Source: Octopus bimaculoides
Taxonomy: Eukaryota
NCBI RefSeq assembly: GCF_001194135.2
Contig: NC_068985.1
Location: 63,551,195-63,615,194, forward strand
Direction of reading: 5' to 3'
Length of the DNA: 64,000 nt
In this document: positions 39,257-52,045 of the stretch, one piece after another
Numbering within the stretch: the stretch's first letter is position 1
How the letters are laid out: each line of letters begins with the position of its first letter
Made by a program: the position numbers and the translations under genes
Notes under the pieces: model-generated
The model's input: the letters and a program-made list of their open reading frames with translations, nothing else
What the model was told of the DNA's origin: nothing
The model's database searches: none

Positions 39257-40721
39257 CAGGGCTGGCCTTAAGCCAATTGGATTGATTGTTCCCAATCGGA
39301 CCCCATGCCCAAGTAGGCCTCACACTCAAGGGGGTTACATCCTATACTGCCACATTTCATGAAGGTGGTCTCCTTGAAGTTTAAAAAAAAATTACATAAA
39401 AATGCTCCTTAAAAAATCATACTTTCTACACTTTAGCAACACAAGATACCAAAAGATAAACTCATTCATCCAAAATTGTTTGGGTCAGCCTTGCTTGTAT
39501 TTTTAGTGTAAGGGTCAATTGTATGTATGCATGTGAGTATGTGAATGTTTGGGAGTGTTTATGGGCATGTTTTGGTAAAATATTTGTGTGTGTGAGAGTA
39601 TGTATGTGGTTGTTTAAATGTATGTTGAATTATATGTATATATGTGTGCGTATTTTTGTGTGAGTTGCTATAAATATACTTTGTATATGCTTAATTTTGG
39701 GGAACTTTATTTCAATTAAAGTGTATTTTGTGTGTGTGTGTGTGTGTGTATATCTCTCTATATATATGTATTAAAGAAAGAAAAAATAAAATGATAAAAG
39801 CAAAAGGCTAAATGTGTGCTCAGTATTTTGGCCACAAGAATTTCTGTCCAAGGGACATGGTTAAACAAAGGTGAAAAGTTCAATTATTTTTCATAGAGGT
39901 TTGGTTGAAGTCTTTGTATTTGTGTGAATGTATGTGTATGTATGTTTATGCTTGTATGTGTATGATCATACGTATATGTATTTTTTTGTGATTAGTGAAT
40001 TGTATACATACACATATGCACGCACATGTGTGTGTGTACAGTGGGGGAGAGAGAGAGAGAGAAAGAGAGTCGAGGAGGTGAGATAAAATTTCTTGTCTCT
40101 TGTTTAAAAGAGAAAATTTCTTTGCTATGACTCCCATTCAGGTTTTTGGACAAGCACAAACACAGCCACATATGCACACACACACACACACACACAGAGG
40201 ACTATAGTAGGAGACATTTGATGTCACACAGTCATGCTAAACCCAGAACCATACAGCTAAGAAACAGGCAGACAGGACTGTGGTTTCTACAATAGATGTT
40301 ATAGAAAAAAATATAAGGCAAGTATATAACCAGCTTCAGAAAAATTCTAATTATTAATTTGCTTTTTATGTATATCTCTTTTAGCATAACATCATGCAAC
40401 AGATAGAAGTTTCTTTGGTATCTTGTTAGATTTCTTTCCAATTTTTGCCAGAATATTTTTTTAAAGTGTAGTTTGAATGTAGTTTTGCTTACTGATGGTG
40501 AAAAGTTTTGGTAAATTCATAGTTTAACACCCAAATCAATTTTGGTGGGAAATAATGCTTTTTCCTCATTTTTTTCTTGTGCTATCAACTAATCTAATCT
40601 CCTAATATGCCGCAAATAATTTTTTCCACAGAAATTGGAGGTGGATAGAGTAGGGTGAACCCTTGGAAATTACCCACCTCGCCTCACCCAATTGGCCCCG
40701 CACCTCCTAAGGCTGGCCCTG
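39257..40721. mobile_element. Non-autonomous hAT element
   Basis: 16-bp TIRs CAGGGCYRGCCTTARG and perfect 8-bp TSD ATGCTTAG (39249-39256, 40722-40729). Confidence 0.93.
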
Positions 40722-42085
40722 ATGCTTAGCATCACTTAATTGTTTGTAATGTCATCTTTTTTAGGGATGCTGTTTCCTTCTGAGACTTGCTTCATATTCT
40801 CACAGAGTTGTTTTAATTGTCAATATATTTAATGTCATTCAACAATACACAACTTCTGCATGTTTTTTTAAAATTCTTCTTCTTCACTGTTCTCTCTGTT
40901 TATTTCTTTTAATATTTCTTTCATCTACATTTTTTGCTTATAATGAACTTGACCTTTTCTAATAAACTCTGCCTTCTTTTCACCTCACAAACTAAGCATT
41001 ATGAAGACTTTGTTTACTAAACATTCTCTCATTCACATATTTTAAAAGTTTTACTTCCCAACAAGGTTTTTACACATTTTTAGTTTTCTTCTATTAGTGC
41101 TTGGGTTAATTTCTGGCCAGTTTTTAAAACAAATTCTAGCAACAATAGATTAGTGGCAACAACAAAACCTTGAGATGTTGGAGTTGTGGAATGGGAAGGA
41201 AGCTGGTAGTTATGAAACATGTTATGTGTTGTTAGTAGAACTTGAGACAACCAGCAAGACAGTTTAGTGTTGGTTGGTTGGTTGGTTGGTTGGTTGGTTG
41301 GCTGGTGTCCAGCATCAAAAATATTACCTGTCCTGAAGGAAATGTGGTGTGCAGTACGTGCCCCTACAACACATGGCAAAAAATCATGTGACAAAAAAAG
41401 GGTTCAAGGTAAAGAAACAAAATAAAGAATAACAAACATAAAAGAACACAGGGTTTGCATTTAAAACATTTGACAAGGGTTAATGGGATATTTGAAAGCA
41501 ACAGAATTTTCCAATTCCAGAAAACTGGTAAGAAGACATTATAAGGTCATTACAAGCATCAGAACAAGACAATGTCTATTTCTTTTTTACTATAATCTGT
41601 CTTCCTAGCTCTGTGATTAATTTACTATTGGAATCAACAATGCAAGACAATCAATCCCCTTGGCAATAAATCCTATGCTGTATGACCTGTTGTTATGCAA
41701 TATACAGGATTTATTTCCAACATACACTTCTTAGATAATTACTCCAAGACAGTTTATACTAACTGTCATTAGTGGTAAATTATGAAAAATAACCAGAAAT
41801 ACAAGACATCTCAATAGCATTGTAATAGACCTCAATATATTACATAACTATTTTGGTGTGTATCACTACAGATACATCTGCAATATCCTTGCAGGCATTA
41901 ACTACCTGGATTCTGGTGTATGCTATTTCACTGCACATCTTGCTTGTATGTCTACAGCTATGTCAATATCACCACAGTTTTCAAGTGCAGCAGTCAGGTG
42001 CATTATCAATGACTTCAGATTCATTCAATGGAAGGAAAATTATTTTCACATAAATGTTAATGGAAACATAACTGGTGTGCATGAG

Positions 42086-42169
<84 letters not shown>

Positions 42170-42432
42170 GCAGGTAGTGTTTGTTGCATGCAGAACAATG
42201 AGGCAATGTCTACATGGTATAAGCAAGTGTGGCAGCTATTTAGCTGGGTAGAAAGCAATTAGAAAAGCAACAACATCAAAATTTTTTGTGAAAATCAATG
42301 AAGACATAGTTCGATAGAGGTAAATTGTATATTGGTGTGTGGGGGATCTGGTATATATGAGTAACAGAGGGTTCATACCATGTGTATGTGTGCATGGCAT
42401 GTGGGTTTGTGCATACAGCCATGTTTGTGCAA

Positions 42433-42467
<35 letters not shown>

Positions 42468-44730
42468 GTTGGAACACTCCAGCAGAATAAGGATAAAACA
42501 GAGTTATGTTTCCTGAAGAAAAGAAAAACTTCCTCACAAAACTCATAGCCCCACATAATGTAAATAGTAAAAAAACAAAAATAAGACTGCTGATTCCTGA
42601 AGCTATTTTATCACCAGATTAATTTAAGAAATTCGGATTTCCACATTATAAAACTAATTGGAGTGGCATCTTGGTAGAATTATTTGCATGCCAGATAAAA
42701 TGCTTAGTGGTATTTCATCTGCCTTGACATTCTGAGTTCAAGAGTTCAAAAGCTACAAGAGTTCAAGCAAAAGAGATACTGCTTCAACAAGGTGTTTTGA
42801 AATGTGTACTAGTCAACCTTAAATACTAATCCATAACAGAAATAACTAATGAAATTATTGGAGTTTTCTCATATTTATTGCTGTCAGTATTCCATGCTAT
42901 TCTCCCAGTCAACATCTAAAAGAACAGTCAAGACAATACAGTTGTCATTACATTTAGCAGCTTAAAAGCTAGTTTGATTTGCATTTTGCAGTTTTATAAA
43001 GTAAGTTTTCCTCTTATTTGGCAACAATAAAAGTTTATTAGCCTCGCAACTAACAATACACACACATCTGCCTTTCCCCTATTCAATAATCATAGAGATA
43101 TCCTTTCATTTAGCAATCAGTTCTCAATTAGTGGATAATCTCACTAATTTATTCATAAGAGAAAAGCAGAACCAGGTCACACTGGCTACCTATTTCAGGT
43201 GACATTATGTCTCCAATAAACTAGAATGTAATAAACCATTTATTGGTTCATATTATAACAAACTTCAATAAATAATTATGGAACTATTGTTGAAAGGTCA
43301 ACAGAATTTTGTGAAGATATATAATAGAATCATTAGAAGTAACTTCAAGAGAACTCTTCCTGAAATGAAAGTAATTTCTATTTCAATTGCAAGGTTCTAT
43401 TTAAAAATTGGTGGAGAGCTATGAATAGTACTGTGTTTAATACTTGTTTCTGGATTTTTTAAACAATCAAGTCAAATAGATTCCATGTATGAAAAATTCA
43501 AGAATGTTGCTTTCAAATGTTGAAAGGAGAAGAATATAAGACAGATAACATCAATGACAAATTCTTAAACAACATCAGTAAATTGGTAATTAAAACAAAT
43601 GTAGTTAGTAATTTCTGAGAATAAAAAAAGGGAGTATTAGCAAGAATAGAGAAGAAAAGAAATAAGCTGAGTGTGTGTAAAATAAACTAAGCGTAAGAGA
43701 GAGAGAGAAAGGTTTACTATGGAAGTATACTTGCAAGGAGCGACAATAGATCAGAAAACCAATTTCAATATTGGGAAAAATCTACAAAATTGAAGGAGGC
43801 CAACTGTTGCCATTTCAAAACTATTAGCTTTAATTATAAACTCTCTTGATTCATATTTCAGAAATAAACCACCAAAAATTATTAGATTCTTAAGTTCAAA
43901 TCACAGTGCAGCAGGCTTAAATACAGTAATGCATTTCTTCAAATGAGTCAATAGATATCAACATAGTTGTTCAGTTTGTAAGAGAATATATATGTAATTA
44001 CTAATTCCATTACAAGGAGATTGATGGCAGAATTATGGTGGCATGCAATGCCAGAATCAATAACATCGCAACACAAAATAATTTACCATATCTGGCTATG
44101 ACATTTCATGTTCAAAATTTAAACCCTACACAAGTCAAACTTGATTTTCATTCTTACGGGTAATGGCTGCCCTAGTATGGCCTGTTCAATTAATAAATGA
44201 AGTAGTGAATACTATCAAATAATAGAAGTAATAGTAAATAGTGGATAATTGCATTATCTCTTATTAATTAGTAAACATTCTTCTCATTAGTTTCTCTAAA
44301 CTGGATTACTTGGTCTAAAATTTTAAGACAAAACAAGGAATCTTGATAAACAAAAACTTACTGAATGGATTCAAGAATTAAAAAAAAAAAAACTTAGAGT
44401 CTGCTCTAGAATATTTATCGCTGTTATTGTTAAGAGGTTGGCTAAATATAGCTATGTAATTCTTCAACTGTAGAAGAGTGAAATGCATGTGTCGCAGATC
44501 AGAAGGTTTGTAAATGGAGGAGCAGGTGGTAAGCTGAGAGCTGTGGCTAGCAACAAGAAAATATGGGGACAGAAAGAAAATGAGAAGCAGTAACTAGTGA
44601 AAACTGGTCAAAGAAAGGTTGAGGATGCAGTTTATAATTTATTGTTGGGAACAAAACGGTTGATAACGGGTGGGTTTTAGCATGTTAGGTGAAGAAAAAA
44701 GGTGCTAAAGGTGGACAACAAATAATTTAC

Positions 44731-44775
44731 ATTGCCAGTAGCCAGATCTTCTCCTCCTCCGAGGAAAACTGAGAA
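44731..44775 (-). CDS. SBF2: Sbf 45-nt microexon (LSFPRRRRRSGYWQ)
   Basis: Long pyrimidine tract ending tttcAG, donor GTAAAT, phase 1-1. Joined to the next exon it gives GYWQSL, resembling SBF1 GKWGSV and SBF2 GVWASL. Confidence 0.7.
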
Positions 44776-45649
44776 CTGAAACAAATAAGTGTAAAGAGAA
44801 AAACCAACGTTGATTTATGTGTGAGGCACCGGCAACAGAAACATTAATTAGAAGTGGTCTTTGATATTTAAATAGAATTTGAACAGCAATGGAAAAGAGC
44901 AGCAATATGATGAAGGGGAAGGTGAAATATATTATTGTTGTATGGGTCTATTTCTAGTGAATATCCCCATTGTTTCCAACTGAAGTGTCAATGTTAGGAA
45001 TGGTTACCAACTGAAAAAACACAAACACTGCACATATGCATACAAATTTCTGGACAAACAACAAGTAACATTTAATCAAATCAAACAAAATATAATTATA
45101 TGACAAAGTTGGGGTGGGTGGGGTGCATGTAGTGGGTGTGTTAGATAAGTGCAGGAGTGGGGGAAAAAGAACAAATGTAACAAAACAATACAAATAAAAA
45201 CAACAATTCAAATCTTCCATTTATTTTGAAATTCCTGCAAAAAAATATAAAATTTTTGAACACAAAGCACTAACCAGTGAGAAAATAATATATCATTATC
45301 ATCATTTAATGTCTATCTTCTACGCTGGCTTGGTTGGACAGTTTGACAGGAGCTGGTAAGCCAGAGAACTGCACCAAGCTCCATTATCTATTTTGGCATG
45401 CTCTTGATGGCTGGATGCCCTTCCTAATGCCATCCACTTTACAGAGTGGACTGGATGCTTTTTCGTGTGACACCAGCACCAATGAAGTCACTAAGTAACT
45501 TGTAAGATGAAAATCCTTTGAGAGGAGGTGGTTTTGTGCCAGGCGATGAGAGGTTAGAGTATGACAGGGACAGAAACAGATGTCTTGCTGTAAAGGAGAT
45601 ACATTGTTAACCCAGTCAGAGGGAGAGAGCTAGGGAGAGAGAGTGAGAA

Positions 45650-47200
45650 TGAGAAAGCATGAGAATGAGAGAGTGCAAGAGTGAGAGAGAGTTAGTGAGA
45701 AAGGAGGCGGTGATGTGCCAAGAAATACTCTGAAGGTACAACGATGAGAATGTAAATAGGCTGGAAGATCTGTGGCGATAGTACTGGGATCATCGGTTAC
45801 ATCCTCTGTGATGCTGGGCATCATCTCTGGCTGTGGTGATTGTACTGGCATGAGATCTGGTTAATCTGCTAATATTGCTATTGGATGTTACATTGCTGGT
45901 AACACGGATAGCAGGTCTAGGTGACACGATAGCTTCATAGATGACTCCTTCAACCTCGCTTCGGCCTCCCACTGCACAGTTATGATATACCCTGTAAGAA
46001 CAACCTGTCTCTTCCCTTGTATTGTGGGTACTTGTTAAAATGCTTTTTATATTAGGTGTACAACTAAAGGAGACTCTTAGGTTGTGCCTGTTAAATAATT
46101 GCCTGTATCTATGTGCATGTGCGAAATGTTTGTCTATTAATCTAAAGAAAATCCTTCTCATACAAGTCTTGATGTTGAGCAAGAAGGGTGGAGCAAACCA
46201 AACAATGTTTCTGTGGTGCTAGGACCTGGCATGTAGAAGATGTGGTCCTTAAACCCATTCAATGCCAGTGCTTCATTGTAGTAGAGAGTAGCGACATTGA
46301 AGATATCTTGGCTAGAGGATAGATTCAAGATCCTCTTGCTTACACCTTTCACTAGGTTCATGAAAACTATAGGGGGTTGGCAGGAGGATGTGCTAATATA
46401 GGACAGCCTCTCATTTGGCTTGTGATAGGGTTTGTATGTACCAGAGACCAGATCAAAAGTAACATCTAAGAAATCTACTGTAGTAAGATTAGTCTCAATG
46501 GTGATCTTGAGTCTCACTGAACCAAAGGCACTAATTAGGTCCTTTCTAAGTCTATCTAATGTGTGCCCATTGGCTCCTCTGGAGATGGCTAGGGCATCAT
46601 CTCTGTAGAGACTGAAGAGGACTGAAGGAAACCTCTTCCCTAAGATATCCAGGATGTACAGTCTAATAAGATCACAGACATCGGAGCTGTCGTATGCCCC
46701 CATAGCCACATCAAAGGAGCCCTTGGGGTCAGATTGCTCGACCCATGTCAAATCTTTGCTGAACAGCACTGTCTTCTTGGCATGCACGATAACTCTAACA
46801 CCTCTATCACTAATATCTGTGAAGCCCTTACAAAAAAAAGTGTTTTCATCAATAAATATTTTGAAATCAAAGGATAAATGTCGACAATATTGAACTGTGT
46901 AAACGTAGCCTTGCCCTTGTCCTAGTTGGCAATAAACCATAATGATACCTCATCAGTGCTGTACCATAGAAGGAGGTTCATGTGACTTCTTATGTTATCA
47001 TTAATCTTTCTCAGTATATACTTCCTTGGGATTGGAGTTAGAGGCAAAATTAGGCTTGTGGTTTTTTAAAGAGATAAAAGCCTTATATCTAGCAAAAACC
47101 TTATATCTCACATGGTGGTATCCATTTTGATACCCTTAATTATAATTTTAATAATAATAATAATTACCTATAAGGTTTCTTTTTCCCCCATGCTGGCCAC
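45650..47200 (-). mobile_element. Penelope-like retroelement (RT and start of GIY-YIG)
   Basis: DVAMGAYDS, LYRDD, VDFLDVTFDL, YKPYHKPN, LIDKHF and GVIYEA peptides. Confidence 0.93.
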
Positions 47201-47418
47201 TCAATATGATTGTTATTTTAGATAATGATCTTATCCGCTTTATATATAAATATATATTCACTTCGTCATTATATTCACTGTGGTGATATTTCTGACCATA
47301 TAGCACATGGTGTTGAATGGACAAATGAAATGGTCAAGTACATATGTACATATATATGTATGTATACGTGCCTATATATAAGTATTCGAACACTATATGT
47401 ATAAATATTTGTAATTAT

Positions 47419-47463
<45 letters not shown>

Positions 47464-47569
47464 NNNNNNNNNNNNNNNNNNNNNNNNNNNNNNNNNNNNN
47501 NNNNNNNNNNNNNNNNNNNNNNNNNNNNNNNNNNNNNNNNNNNNNNNNNNNNNNNNNNNNNNNATACTT

Positions 47570-49224
47570 CACTCTCTCCCTCTTAAACCTTCAACAACCA
47601 CCATGTACTATCTGCCTCCATCTAGCACGGTCTTGTGCCTTCCTCTCTCAATTAACAGCTGCAATTCCTGTCTGTATTAGAGCATTTTTAAGGCAATCCT
47701 TAAACCTTAGTTTAGGCTTATGCACTGGTCTCCTGCCATCTTCCAGCTCACCATACAATAGTTGCTTGGGCAGTCGCTCATCACTCATCCTTATCAAATG
47801 TCCCCCCACCCCATCACAAACATCTTTGCAAAATCATAGACTCTATACATCTACTGCCACTCCTCTCGAGCACCTCCATATTACTAATGGCCATCTTGTC
47901 ATGAAATTGTCTAAGCATTCTCACAAATTTTTCATGGCATTTTTAGGATCTCCCAAAGTGCAATTCTATTGATTGAATCAAACGCTTTTGTTAGGTCAAT
48001 GAAAATCTGGTATAAGTCTATATTCTGTTTGATGCACTTCTCTTGCAACTGTCTAGCTGAAAATATCATATCCATAGTACTCCTACTATCTCTAAACCCA
48101 CATTGCATTCTGGTAGAACCTCATCAGCAATGTGCAGAAGCAATCTATCCAGTATTACCCTACAGAGGACCTTTCCAGCAACAGCTAACAGACATATGCC
48201 ACGATAATTATCACAGACAGTCTTTCCACCTATAGATTTATATAGTATCTCCATAGCTGCATCACGCCAATCCGGAGGAACCTCTTCACTTTGCCAAACA
48301 CTCTGAATCACATCTGTCAACATTGCACAAAGATGATCACCACCATATTTATATATCTCTGCACCTAGTCCATCCATACCAGGGGCCTTTCCATTGTTCA
48401 ATTTCCTGATTGCTGCTTTTATTTCAGCCAGGTTTGGAACTGATGCTATAAGATGTTTTATTGGTCTCTCAGGTATAAGATGTTTTATTGGTCTCTCAGA
48501 TATATTATCAAGAAAAGAGAGATCATCTTAAGTGGGTCTATTGAACAACTCATCAAAATCTTCTTTGCATCTCCCAACGATATCTGTAGGATGTGTTAAT
48601 AATTCTGTGCCATCCTTGCTCCAAAGTGGCACAACCTTTGATGAAACTGGTCCATAAACTTTTTTCAAGAAAGAGTAAAAAAGTTTGGAATTGTTAGCAT
48701 TTGAAGCTCTTTGGATTTCATCACATCTATCACTCCACCAATTTTCCTGCATCATCCGTAGCTTCCTCTGCACTGTTGCTTTTACAGCCTTGAAATATGT
48801 AGCCACTGTCCTGTTCATTGACATGTCAACATTTTGCAACATGTTAAATGCCTTTCGCTTCTCTTCTAAGATAAGATTAACTTCTTTATCATTATCATCA
48901 AACCAATCTTGGTGTTTTTTTACAACAAAGCCAAGAATGTCATAACAAATCTTGTACACTCTTTCTTTGAATCACTTCCAGCTTCCATCACAGGAAAAAT
49001 TCTTTATCTCACTCACAAACTCACTGCGTACTGACAGAATCTTAAGTTTATTCACATCAATCCGTTTAGGTAATTTAACATTATTTGCTCTAACCTTAGG
49101 CTTGACAACAAAATTCACTTTGGTATGCAAAAGCATATGATTGGTCAAGCACTTTGCACCATGCATCACTGACCAAGAAACGAGATACTGGGGACTTTGC
49201 GATTGTACATGTGATGCATGGTGC

Positions 49225-49225
<1 letters not shown>
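47570..49225 (-). mobile_element. RTE (BovB-like) LINE ORF2 fragment
   Basis: GKAPGMDG..AEIYK, NYRGICLL..AGKV and HQDWFDDND peptides. Confidence 0.92.
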
Positions 49226-49312
<87 letters not shown>

Positions 49313-49579
49313 TATATACATATATATATATACATATATATACATATATACATATATATACATATCTATACATATACATGTATATACATTTATGTATATA
49401 TATGTATATACATATAGATATATATAAATAGATGTGTGTATTTTCCCCTTGTAAACAATTAACACGGAAAGAATAGATAAATAGCTACCAGGGAAGCAAA
49501 AAATCACACAAGTAAAAAGGTTGTCACTCCTTGTATTTAAAGGTAGAAACTTCGGGATTACGTGAAGTATTTTGTATAA

Positions 49580-49860
49580 TATATATAAATAAATAAATGG
49601 AGTTAAACGCAGGTGTTATTCAAATTCTTTTACTTCCAACACATATTTCGAAGATATCATTGGTATTATTCCAAAGGAAAAAAATGGTGTAAAACAATGT
49701 AACCCTCTCTTCAGGGAAATGAAGAAATGAAACTCGTCAATAAGACATTTTAACATTTTATTCCTTTGGAATAATACCAGTGATATCTTTGAAACATGTG
49801 TCGGAAGTAAAAGAATTTGAATAACACCTGCGTTTAAATCCAGTTATTTATTTACATATT
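49580..49860. mobile_element. Short inverted-repeat element (~100-bp arms) carrying a hammerhead motif
   Basis: 49580-49683 pairs with 49755-49860; embedded between (TA)n/(TATC)n tracts. Confidence 0.8.
49632..49720 (-). ncRNA. Type I minimal hammerhead ribozyme motif (Penelope type)
   Basis: ATTTCC-CTGAAGA-GAGGGT...ATCTTC-GAAA-T-ATGT-GTT-GGAAGT: complete core, 6-bp helix I, extended helix II, palindromic helix III. Confidence 0.75.
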
Positions 49861-50044
49861 CATATATACATATACGTATATATAAATATCTATCTATCTA
49901 TCTATCTATNNNNNNNNNNNNNNNNNNNNNNNNNNNNNNNNNNNNNNNNNNNNNNNNNNNNNNNNNNNNNNNNNNNNNNNNNNNNNNNNNNNNNNNNNNN
50001 NNNNNNNNNNNNNNNNNNNNNNNNNNNNNNNNNNNNNNNNNNNT

Positions 50045-52045
50045 GTGTGTGTGTGTGTGTGTGTATGTGTGGGAGAATTCACAAAAAAAAAACAGATGAA
50101 GACAGGTGGTATAAACAACAAATGGATGTATTAGCATAACGCTTGGGAATAGAGAAAGTTTTTAATGTTTTGAGCCTAGGCTCTTCAACAGAAAGGAACA
50201 CAGAAGGAAACAAGGAGAGAAACAAGGAAACAAAAAAAAATATAAGTGTAGTGGTCAGCGATCTATCATGGCAAATGCCGGACAGAAGGATCACACAGGA
50301 GAGTTAAGAAGAAGGGGAGATAACAAAGTAGTAGTGATCCCAAAACGAAGGTGCGTGTGTGTGAGAGAATGCTGGTGATCTTAACATATGCATGTGTGTA
50401 TGGAGGTGTGAAAGTGTGAAAATGTGGGGATGGGAATTGGTCAGTGCTGGTCTGTACGTGTTGGTGTGTTGTGAAGTGATGTGTTGTGATATGGTGTAGC
50501 GTCATGTGATGTGAGGGTGTTGGGAGGTGGGGAAGCGAGAGTGGGGAAAACATGGGTGGGTGTAGGTTAGGCTGAGGGTGGGGGTAGAGATAGGGGTATA
50601 TGGGTAGGCAGAGGTTGGGGTGGGTGTAAGGGGTGGAATAGGATGGGATGGGAAGGGATGGGAAGGTGGGGTACGAGTGTGTAGGGGTGGAATGGGCTTA
50701 TGAGAGTGGGTTGGCAGTGACGGGGAATGGGAAGGTGGGTATGGGAGGAGGGAGAAAGAGAATAAGAGAGAGAGTAAGAGAGAAGAGAGAAAGAGTAGGG
50801 TTAGAGAGAAGTAGGAGTAAAGAGAAGTAGGAGCCGGAGAGGAGAGGTGGGAGGAAGTAGGAAGGAGGGGAGAGGGTTAGATGAAAAGAGGAGGAGAGTT
50901 GAGCCCATGTGACACAAAGGAGCGAAGAGAGAAGATTAATCCTTGTTCACGGTGAAAATGGGACTCTGCATGGCCCCTGTGCAAGGACAATCCAAACACA
51001 GATAGGTGTTACTGCAAGGAGTGACTGGTAGAGTGGAAATAGCATGACACTGGGGTGTCATTGCCAAGGCGGATGTCTCGGAGGTGTTCCGCAAATTGGT
51101 CGGCCAGGCAGCACCCCGTTTGTCCGATGTACAGAGAATGGCAGAGAGAGGAGATGCAATAGATGATGTAGGTAGAAGTGCAGGTGAAGGGGTCGGTGAT
51201 GCGATAGGGTCGATGATGGGTGCCAGTGAGGAGGATGGTGTTGGAGAGGTAAGGGCAAATGCGGCAGCGTGGGCGGGAGTAAGGGAACGAGCCAGGTTGG
51301 GAGGTTGGGTTGGTGAAGAAGCTGTGGACCAAGAGGTCTTGTAGGTTGTGGGCTCGTTTGAAGGAGGGGAGGGGTCAGTTAGGGAAGATGTGTGAAGTGG
51401 GGGGGTCGGACTGGAGGCACCCGAAAGCTTGGAGAATGGTGCTTTGGAGAGGTAGGGTGGTGGGATGGTACGTGAGGGGAAAAGGGAGGCGGGAGATAGC
51501 AGGGTGGGCTCAGGGGAAGAGAGCAGATGCATGGTTCATGGAATGTGCTCTAGCAAGGGCGGTGTGGATGGTGGTGAGGGGATATCCCCGTAGGATGAAG
51601 CCATGAATTGAGACTGAGTCTCAAAGTCATGGTTGTCACTACAGAGCCTGCGTAGATGGAGGAATTGGGAATAGGAGATAGAAAGCTTGGCGTGTTTAGG
51701 GTGGGAGGAGGAGAAGTTGAGATAAGAGTGTGAGACTGTGTGTTTGTAGTGGATGGAGGTGGTAAGAGTGGAGTGATGAATGCTGACAGAAAAGTCAAGA
51801 AAGGGGACAGAGGTGTCAGAGATAGTGCAGGATGGAAGGATTTGACAAAAGAGAGGAATGAGTCAAGATGTTCGCGGGAGAATGAGGTGGCACTGATAAA
51901 GTCGTCAATATAACGGCAATATAGTTCGGGAGTAGGACCAGTGGAACTTGAGAATATTTGTGCATCAACATAGCCAACGAACAGGTTCGCATAGTTGGGG
52001 CCCATTCTCATTCCCATGCACCGACGAATTCCCATCTCCACATTT
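50045..52045 (-). mobile_element. Penelope-like retroelement (RT, GIY-YIG and 3' terminal region)
   Basis: MG.RMGPNYANLFVG, RYIDD and IIYCI...LYIGQTG...RFAEH peptides with frameshifts. Confidence 0.93.

Noticed and set aside
41328-41332. 5-nt microexon using the inner ttccttcAG acceptor
   Set aside because: Frameshifting; only the 36-nt version is kept as a candidate.
44731-44768. Alternative acceptor CTCAG giving a 38-nt microexon
   Set aside because: Not a multiple of three and breaks the frame; the upstream acceptor gives the motif-matching 45-nt exon.
50560-50930. G-rich stretch as a functional G-quadruplex or promoter
   Set aside because: Explained by the purine-rich antisense strand of the Penelope 3' region.
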